NCBI GenBank assembly: GCA_004431415.1
Contig: QPMI01000403.1
Location: 1-37,519 of the forward strand
Source of the DNA: Cyanophora paradoxa CCMP329
Taxonomy: Eukaryota; Plantae; Glaucophyta
Direction of reading: 5' to 3'
DNA: 37,519 bases
The position numbers were made by a program, and so were the translations under genes. Of this stretch, positions 29,000-37,519 are shown piece by piece; positions within the stretch are counted from its first letter, which is position 1, and each line of letters opens with the position of its first letter. Under the pieces are notes generated by a model. It did no database searches. It was not told where the DNA came from and saw nothing but the letters and a program-made list of their open reading frames with translations.

Positions 29000-31900
29000 A
29001 CCCGCTCTTGGCGATGGACTTGTATTCCGCCACGAAATCGTATGTTTTTCCACTCAAAGCGTCCCAAATGAAAAGAAGGACTTTGTTAGAAGCGGACGTA
29101 TACGTAGTCCCAACGACCGGCGGAGCCGCAAGAAGCCTCGGGGGGGAGACGCCAACGTCGAGCAGCTGCGAATAGGTTTCGCAGGCTTACACATTCGCTC
29201 TTATCGCAGTTGCGCGCCACGCATGCGCAATTGCAAGCATGCGTACCTTCAGAGAGCTGTCCGTAACAGCAGCGCCTCGAATCCACTGACCGTTGAGCTT
29301 GAACTGGACGACGTCCTGCTCTGTGGGAGCGGTGATGTACCTGCACGAGCAATGTAAGGGTTACATTTGCATGCAAGAAACGAAGATAGAAAACTTGAGG
29401 TGCGAACCAGGCGGTCAAGGCGTCGTACTGACCCATCTCGAAAGTCACAGCCAACGTTTTGGTCGTCGCCGCAGCACTCAGCGTAGACGGATCGGGCGCC
29501 AGTCCCGAAGGGCATTTCGCTGTGTTCGAGAAAAGCATGCAAAGTTTACGATTAGCTGCGACGAAACCGTGCGGCCTACAGCTGCGAGTCGAAAGGCCTA
29601 ATTTATAAGGCAGTCAATGTCGCACTGAAAGCGTTTGCGCTGAAGCCTCCACCAGGGGTCTGATTGTCGCCTCCAGTGCTGCCCTGGTAGCTCGGATTCG
29701 AGACAAACACGACAACGAACTCGGCTCCTTCCGCAGCGTCGACGATGGGGAATGCGCTTGTGGTGATGGTGGGCTTGCCCACCCCACGCCAGAGAGCGGA
29801 TACGCCGCCGAGCCGCCGACGATTTTCGTTGATGTGGCAGTAATCTCGAAGACCTGCATGAGGGCGGGTAAATCGAGCAGTCGAACACGCGCATATGCGT
29901 GCACGTGCACGTGTGTGCTTGCACGTCATGATCACATGCGAATTTGAACGCACATACATCACATCGTACCACCAGCTATCTTCACCGTCAATCTCAGTCC
30001 AGCGCCAACTGAGACTGCAGCCAGAGCTTGAAAGCTGGCTCGATCGTTTGACAGTCCTACGCAAAATACTATCACAACGACTTGCAGGCAGTGGTACGTA
30101 TACCGATGTCGCACCAGGCCTGCAAGTGGCTTGCCGGGTACGGCTTGATCTTGACCTCTTCGTAGATCAAGTCGGGGCGCAGCTCCACCGAGGCAGAAGC
30201 GAACGTTTTGGTGTCCTTCGCTCCAAGAGTAGCATCTGGCGAGGCCGTCGCTGCGCGATTCGGCATGCGCTCGTTAAATGCATTGGCGTTCACGTATGAT
30301 GATGAGCTCGAGCTTACATCCGCTCTTTGCGATTGATTTGTACTCGGCCGTGAAATCGAGCTTTCCCGTATCCCCACGCGCGGCATAGCCTGCATTGTTG
30401 TCGCCGTGCTTGTGCAAGAACACGAAGAGCCTGTTCGAGGCCGTTGTGTATGTTGTCCCGACGACCGGCGGGGCCGCGAGGAGCCTCGGGGGGGAGACGC
30501 CGATGTCGAGAAGCTGCTCGAGCGGATCGGGATTGTGCATGTACAGAGATTGCGCCTGCGGCGGGCTACCTTGATGGCATTGTCATTGACGGTCGTTCCG
30601 TCGATGGCGGTCCCAGTGACCTTGAACTGGATCACGTCCTGCTCAGTGGGAGCGGTGACGTACCTGATGCGAATTTGCATGAGCGTTAAATATTTGAGGC
30701 AAACTTCAATCTAGTGCTCGAATGCTAGTTAGCTTGAGTGATTGCGATTGCGCGCGAGCACCAGCCATGATCTGCGCAGCAAAACAAAAGTCAAAAAAAT
30801 GTCTAAAATACACAAACATTACATATATAAAAAGCGGCCGTCTCGCCTCGTCGTTGTAGTTGGCCTCGTAGAAGGCGGTCATGGTTTTGGTCGTTGAAGT
30901 AGCATTCAGAGTGCTTGGTACGGCCGGAATCTGAGGGCACTTGGCTGCGCGAGTGCCGGCTCATAATCAGGCATATGCCGATATGTATAAACGCATGTGC
31001 TGTCTCGAAGTCGAACTTGAAACCGCCAATTGAAAAGGAAAGGAAACTCACGGGAAACGAACGCTCGGAAACCGCCTCCGTTTCCGTCGCTCCCTTGATT
31101 AGTATCGTCACTGTGGAAGATGACGAGAAGCTCGGCGCCGGGTTCGGCAGTGAACGGGGGAAACTTTTTCGGATTAGCGAGAGGATTCTGGTTTCCCCAG
31201 CCTGCCCCGTTTCCTGGATAGTATCCTTCAGCTTCTCCAGCAACAAGTCGGGTAGAAGTGCTTGTCATCTCAAACACCTGAGGGGTGCACACGGTGCTTA
31301 GCTATAGCAAAACCTAAAATTTGCAAAAACTTTTAGTTTTTATTGGCCATGGCAGATCAACGTTCACGCACATACATCACATCATACCATCCGTCGGCTT
31401 GGGAATCAATCTCGAGCCACTTCAACCAAAGTTTGTTTTCGCAGTCGGAAGGAATGGAAGCGGGAAGCTTGACTTGCCTAAAATCGCGTACAGCTCGTGA
31501 TTAAGAGGGCGAAAGAGTAGCCGGGCTGGCGCGTGAGTTCGCGATCGAGCACGCACCAGGCTTTCATCGTCTTCGCTGCGTAGGGCTTAATTGCAACCTC
31601 GCGACTCGAAGACGTCGCCGAAATGCTCGCGGTCGCTGTGTGGACCGAGGACGTGAAGGTGCCCGTCACGCTGGATGAAGAAGTGATGGTCGCCGAGGCA
31701 GTCGCTGCGCACGCGCACGCGCCCGACCGCAATGAGCCGTACATGTGCGCACAGGTGCAGGGACGATAGCCCGGGCAGGGCGGCGCGCACAACCAGCCTT
31801 CGCAATCGAATTGTACTCGCCACGAAACTGGTCGCCGCATCGTACTGCCAGAGAAACACAAAGAGCTTGCTGGAAGCCGCTGTGTACACCGTGTCGAGGG

Positions 31901-32386
31901 CCGGGGGGCGGCGAGTAGTGTCGGGGAGAGACCCCAACGTCCAGGATCTGAGCGTGATCATGAGATGATTGCAATGCGCGCGCGCAAGATTCGAGGGACG
32001 CAAAACATGATCGAATTCGAACCTTCAAATTATTTGCGATGCCGGTCGCGGATGTGACCTTGAACTGAACGACGTCCTGGTCCGTGGGTGCGTAGATGTA
32101 CCTTTGATTCGCAGTTGCAAAGCGCGCACGGCCGAAATCAGTACCGTGCACGTGCAACATTCGCATGCGCGAACATCGCGCGCGCACCAACCGAATACCT
32201 CAGCATTGTCCCGCTGGTATTGCACGGTCATCGTCTGCTTCGTCGACGTCGCGGCCAGGCCTCCGGTTGGGGGGCCGGAGACGAGCGCCCCCGCCGACGC
32301 TGCGCGAAAAGGAGGACGACGAGCGCGGCCCGCAGCCACGCGCACGCCTTCGCGGGCGTCGACGTCGGAGCCATTGCCGCACTCAT
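29000..32386 (-). CDS. Host multi-exon gene, 5' part: secreted/surface protein with tandem CUB-like (and possibly discoidin-like) repeat units
   Basis: Signal-peptide-like start MSAAMAPTSTPAKACAWLRAALVVLLF; recurring exon peptides APTxQDVxQFKV, DVGVSPPRLLA..GTTYT.ASN.LFVF..FxAEYKSIAKSG, KPY.A....AWC, W.EID....WYDV and AELLVIFHSD..GGGFRA, separated by short GT-AG introns; exact exon borders not all resolved. Confidence 0.68.
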
Positions 32387-32519
32387 GCGCGCGGGGGACT
32401 GCCGCGTATACGGTATACGTATGCGAAGCGAAATCTATAGCTAGTACTATTTGGCTGTGACTCCTGTGAGATCGGGATTTCGAATTCGGGTCCTCCTTCG
32501 GAAGTAGTACTAGTAGTTG

Positions 32520-33950
32520 GACCGCAGAGTCGGCGCAGCCTGGCGCGGCAGACCGCCGACCGACGATCGCGGCGCCGACCGACTCTACGGCGACGGTCGC
32601 GAATCACGAGATTCACGACTAGAGCTCGCGATCGGTTTGGCCGGGCAAGCGGATCGCCGCGTCGCGATTCGCGATTCGCGATCGGTGGGGCCCCAGCCGG
32701 GCCGGCCCCGCCCGGGCCCGCCGCCGGCCGCCGCGGCCCCGGGCCCCCGGCCGGGCCCGGCTTGGCAGCCTGCCAGCCTGGCTCAGCGGCTGCTGGGCCC
32801 TGGCAGGCTGGTCCGGGCACCGGGGCCCGGCCCGCCGCGCCGCCCGGGCCGTGCACCGTGCACGTGGCCTCCGCGGCCGGGGCCCGGGCCCCGCGGCCAG
32901 GCCGGGCCTGGCCGGCGGCGGGCCGGGCGCGGGCGGCGCCAGAACTTCGGAAGTTGCGCCCAGAACCAGCCTGGCAGCCGGCCCGGCCGGCCCGGCCGGG
33001 CCGAGTCATAAGTCAATTGCAAGGTCAAAAAAAGACCGTAGAGAGGCCGAACTCGAGCTTGACTCCGAGGCTCAGTACCCGTCGGGCACTAAACCCGGCC
33101 CGCCATAGAGGAAAATACCGCGGTACCAAATTACCGCGTTTTTTACAAATTTGAGGCTTGTATGGGGCGGTAATTACAGGGGATACTGTATGGGGCGACA
33201 TCTCAGCAGCAAATTACCGCGGGACCAAATTACCGCGTTTTAACAAATTCTCGGCGCGGTAATTTGGTACCGCGGTAATTAAGTGGGCGCGGTATTTATG
33301 TGTTCTGCGGTAACTCACAGTGAGCTCCGATTCTGAGCCTCCGAGGCTCCGACTCCGATGCATTCAAGATTATGCCCATCATCGCAGCGCATGCGTTGTT
33401 TTTACGTTTTCCGGTGAATCCGGTCCTAAATTCTCCTAATTCGGATTCCGTCCAATGCCGACGCTCAAAACCGTCAAACGCCAGCCTCTTGCAGCTGAGA
33501 ACCTGGGCCGGCGGTACCAAGTACCAGTAAAGCTGAACCGTTGAACGCGAGTTCAACGGTTCATGCTTATGAAAATTACTAAAGTTATAACTAGCTATAG
33601 TAAGCCGCCTGCAGCCGCCTGCAGCTATTCGGCATAACCTCGCGGCGCCGAATATTTGAAACTGCCAGAATTGTGCAGATGTATGGCATAAGAGGGATTG
33701 GTCACCTCAGTCGGCAATTTGGTGAGTCAATGGTGACTCAGTCGGGTCAGTCAGACCCTCTGACTTTGACTGTCAGTGACTGAACCAGCCCTAGTATATT
33801 TGCATGTCTGCAGACTGCAGCCTGGCAGGCCCGAGGCCGCGGACTCGTAGGGTTGCCGGGCTCAAGTTTGAGTGCACTAAAACTTGAGCGTTTTAGTCAA
33901 GTAGCTAGTTTTAGTTTTAATTTAGTGGCCCACTCAAACTTGAGCTAAAA
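32520..33950. repeat. Cluster of short inverted-repeat (MITE-like) elements
   Basis: 23-bp perfect IR 33116-33138/33255-33277; 15-bp IR 33860-33874/33931-33945; hAT-like AGGGxTGG...CCAGCCCT ends at ~33693-33794; very GC-rich IR region 32690-33005. Confidence 0.5.
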
Positions 33951-34441
33951 CGGCGCGCGGCTGGAGGGGGGGTTCCGGTGGCAGAGCTGCCATATTCTGG
34001 GTGGTGCAGAACCGCCCCATTTCGGGTGTTAATCGTGCTTCCATCGGATATACGTATACAGTCCTTCTGCAATGAAAAGCTACCCGGCCCATTAAGCCTC
34101 TTTTCTGAGGCAAGGATGCCCTTAGAAGGCCTACCCCCCCTCTAGACCGCACTTCTTTACCCGAAACTCGTGTGTCTAGAGCGATAACCCGGTGGGAAAA
34201 CACTTGATTATATATATATATATGATATAATTATATATGCGTATATACTCACATATATAGCAATATTTTCAAAAAAACATATATAGCAATATATGCGTTT
34301 CCCTTCGACTCCCGATCCGATAGTAGGACCGATACTCGAAATCGGAATCATAATAGGATCGCCGGCGAATCGCCGCCGATTCGCCGGTCGATATCGATGG
34401 GACTCGATAGAGTCGATACTAGTATCATAGAAGTATGACGA

Positions 34442-34586
34442 CTTCTTTGGATCTCCGGGCCGCGCTCCGCGCGGTCGGCCAAGGCTCGCCTTGCAGCCGC
34501 CGGCCTTTCTTGCAATCAAGGAAGGAGGCGCTAATAAATAGAGAAAGGGGTAGCGCCTCATTGGGCCGCGGCTCAGCAGCAGCGCG
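34442..34586 (+). repeat. Long direct repeat, copy 1 (at least 145 bp)
   Basis: Identical to 37375-37519, which runs off the window end. Confidence 0.88.
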
Positions 34587-35183
34587 GCTCCAAAGGAGGG
34601 CCGACCCACTGGGCCAGAGGGGGCCTGGTGCCGGAAAAGGAAGACCACGTATTGCCTCGAGGGCGTGGTTGGGGAGGATATCTCTTCGCTCCCCGTGTGC
34701 CGGGGGGGTACACGATTGCTGCCCGGGTACACGAATCGCGCCCGCAGGGGTACGCTGATTCGAGGGGGGTACAGCGCCCTAAGTTGCGTTGGAAAAGGAA
34801 GGCCGCTAAAGCGGACAGTCTCATCTGCATGACAGCCATATGAGGCTCGCAGAGTGAGGAGGGCCATTGGCCCGGGCCCCAGGCCTTAGGAATCACAACA
34901 ACCCAAGCCGGGTCGGCGGAGTGAATCGGAGGCTAGGAGCTAATAAGGATTCGAATTCTACGCGTACGTACGTATACTGATCATGAAGAGTGAGAATTCC
35001 GAAGCAGGCCTAGGAAAAAATGCGGAGGTGTGCGTACGCGTATACGTACGCGTATACGTATACGACGCGACGCGAGCGTGCGTATACGCATACGTACATA
35101 TACGTATACGAACGAGCTCACCGGTACCGTTCATGATCATGATTATAATTACCTCTTGAGCTTTATCATGCATATGAGGCGCC

Positions 35184-35448
35184 TTTAGAGGGATGTGCTC
35201 TTATGCATCCTGTTGTAGGCTGTTCGCTGGATAGGCAGGCTATCGAAAACGAGAAACCTTGCTCGCGCAGTCTATTGACAGGACTCTCTTAGGGTGGGCT
35301 CATGGCCAGCTGTTTTGCTACTTTCTACTTCGTAGCGAGGCAGACTGGTAAACTTCGGTTTAGGTAGATTCGACTTGTCTACTTTCGGAAGGGCCCGATA
35401 GATTGATGTGGTAGTGCCGTCAATATATCGTCATTTTTGCAAAAAAAA
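35184..35448 (+). mobile_element. Retroposed insertion (SINE or 5'-truncated LINE) with A8 tail and 14-bp TSD
   Basis: GCATATGAGGCGCC at 35170-35183 and 35449-35462 flanks a 265-bp lower-GC segment ending in AAAAAAAA. Confidence 0.72.
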
Positions 35449-37374
35449 GCATATGAGGCGCCGGCTCGAGACCGTGCCACGGTGGCCCAGTGGTATACGT
35501 ATACGCGTACGCGTATCATAGTAGTATACGTATACGTAGCTGTAGCTATAGTGGCCCAGTGGCGAGTTGAATTTCGAACTTCGGAAGGTGCCGCGCGCGG
35601 CCGGCGCCGCCGCGCGCGTGCGGGGCCGCGCGCGCCGTCGACGCGATGTGCGCGCGTCGCGACTAAGAGTATGCGCATTTATCATTCGCGCCGGCGCTGC
35701 GCATGCGGCCGCCGCTGGCGCTGGCGCGCGCTAGGCGCTGAGCCGCGGCCGCGCGCTGACCATACATATGAGCGCTAGCGCTAGCGCTAGCGCTTGGAGG
35801 CGACTTGGGCGGCTTGAGCCCAAGTTGGTGGGGAAGGAGTTGCGGCTTGAGGCTCAAACCTAAGCCGGGGGGGAAGAAGTGGCGGCTTGCGGCTTGGAGC
35901 TTGCTGTGATCGTCGCGGAAAGACGAGTACATTAGAGCGCCGCGCGGCCTTTGCTTCATACGGCGAAGCGTGCGCGTAGGGTATTAGAACCGGGCAAAGT
36001 GCTTCAATACGTCCGGGCGTGCCGGCAGGTTTGCCGCGGGCGATTTGCGGTGCGCGGGGGTACCGCTAGTAGTCGCGGCTTGAGGCTCGTTAGGCTTGAG
36101 GGGTCGTCGAGGATCAAACGAGTCCTCTTCGGCGCTGTTCGGCGCAATCATCGCGGACATGGATCCGAATCGCCTCGTCGCAACCGCGCCGCTGTGTATG
36201 TGCTCGGTGCGAAGAACCGCCGCGGTGCTCGTTCGGTACGAGTGCTTGCGGCTCGCCACGGCGCCGCGCCGGCTTTCGTGGCGGCGCTGGCCGCGAGAGC
36301 TTGCTTGAAGTCGGTATGCGCGCGCGGGCTGCGCCCGGTGCGTGGATTCGGGCGCTGGCCATGGCCATGGGCTGAGCGCTGCGCGTTCGTGTCTAGATCT
36401 GCGGCTCGGAATCCGCGTCCTGGTCAGGCGTAGTTGCGCTCGGAGGCTCAAAGCTCGGAGGCAATCGTCGTTCGTGGCGCGAAGGTCCGCGGGCTGGATC
36501 CGCGGCGTCGCGCAGCTGCGGCCTGCAGCTGTACATGTACATGTACATGTAAGTATACATGCGTATGTGACGCATGGCTAGCGCTGGCGTGCGCGCGCGC
36601 CCCCGGGCCGGGCGGTCGCGCCGCGGGCGCTTTGCATATGAAGCTGCCAGGCCTAGGTTCGCGCTTTAGGGCTGCCTTCAGGAGCTGCTAGGGAGCCTCC
36701 TGCCGCCGCCAGGGGCCGGTCTGTAAAGGGAGGAGCCGGTCCTGGCCATGCCATGATGGGACGGGGTCGGGCGCCTCGAGGTGAACGACGGACTCGGGAG
36801 GTGATCGCGAGGTGAACGATCGTCACTCCGGGTCGGGCGTATACGTAATTGTAAGGGTCCGCGGGCTAGCGCTGGAGCTCGAGCCGCGGCATCGCGCAGC
36901 CGGCGCCGGCGCCTGCAGCTGGTCAGCCATGGTGCCGCGGTGTGCGCGCGCGCCGGGAGGCCGCGCTGCGCGCGCTGATTTGTAATCATGAGCTGCGCAT
37001 GCCGTCCTGGCTCTAGATCTCGCTTTGGAGCTGCCTTTAGGGGCCGCTGGAGGACCTCGAGCCCTGGCGCCGTGGCTATGCATATGGGGTCCGGCTGGAA
37101 ACTTGGAAAGGGTCGGGAATATCGAGCATTTTTTTTCGGAGCCTGGGGCAGGGCCAGGCGACTCGATCGCGAGGTGTAGTTCGGGGACGGTGGGTGGGCC
37201 GGCTAAGACGAAGCTGTCGCTCCCGCGGGGTAGCGGCAACTGCGAGGGGCCCGGGGCAAGCCCCCGGGGGGTACGGCGGGCCGAAGGGCGAGGTTCGAGG
37301 TTGGCCGTTCGCGCTCTGCCGTCCCTCGCTCAAAGAAAACAGATTACTCTCACGCGTTGCTGGAGTAATCAACT

Positions 37375-37519
37375 CTTCTTTGGATCTCCGGGCCGCGCTC
37401 CGCGCGGTCGGCCAAGGCTCGCCTTGCAGCCGCCGGCCTTTCTTGCAATCAAGGAAGGAGGCGCTAATAAATAGAGAAAGGGGTAGCGCCTCATTGGGCC
37501 GCGGCTCAGCAGCAGCGCG
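37375..37519 (+). repeat. Long direct repeat, copy 2 (truncated by the window end)
   Basis: Identical to 34442-34586. Confidence 0.88.

Noticed and set aside
32383-33154. Long Ala/Gly/Pro/Arg-rich ORFs on both strands
   Set aside because: Explained by extreme GC content and inverted repeats (few stop codons); no protein motifs
34208-37474. Multiple 70-220 aa ORFs in the right flank
   Set aside because: Overlap in all frames, low complexity, no recognisable RT, integrase or transposase motifs

Overview
A GC-rich, intron-containing eukaryotic (probably protist or algal) locus carries a 26.2-kb AT-rich endogenous DNA virus of the Polinton/Maverick or Polinton-like virus (PLV) type at 2693-28941. 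The element has long terminal inverted repeats (TIRs), a perfect 6-bp target-site duplication (TCAGCG) and a 73-nt hairpin palindrome at each end. Replication and integration genes: a Polinton-type family B polymerase whose proofreading exonuclease appears degenerate, an RVE integrase, a full AEP primase/PriCT-2/SF3 helicase and a GIY-YIG nuclease. Virion genes: A32-like packaging ATPase, double-jelly-roll major capsid protein, two penton-like proteins and a ~2100-aa fibre. Accessory genes: a patatin-discoidin fusion, AT-hook proteins and a prokaryotic-type S-adenosylmethionine decarboxylase. No adenain-type maturation protease was seen. About ten single-base deletions, mostly placeable in short homopolymers, split six viral ORFs, and there are no in-frame nonsense codons, so the element is probably intact and the breaks are probably sequencing errors. 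The virus sits in an ~88-nt intron of a minus-strand host gene encoding a secreted protein with tandem CUB-like repeats. The right 5 kb holds MITE-like inverted repeats, a small retroposed insertion and a long direct repeat. All family assignments come from motif recognition by eye, not from database searches.
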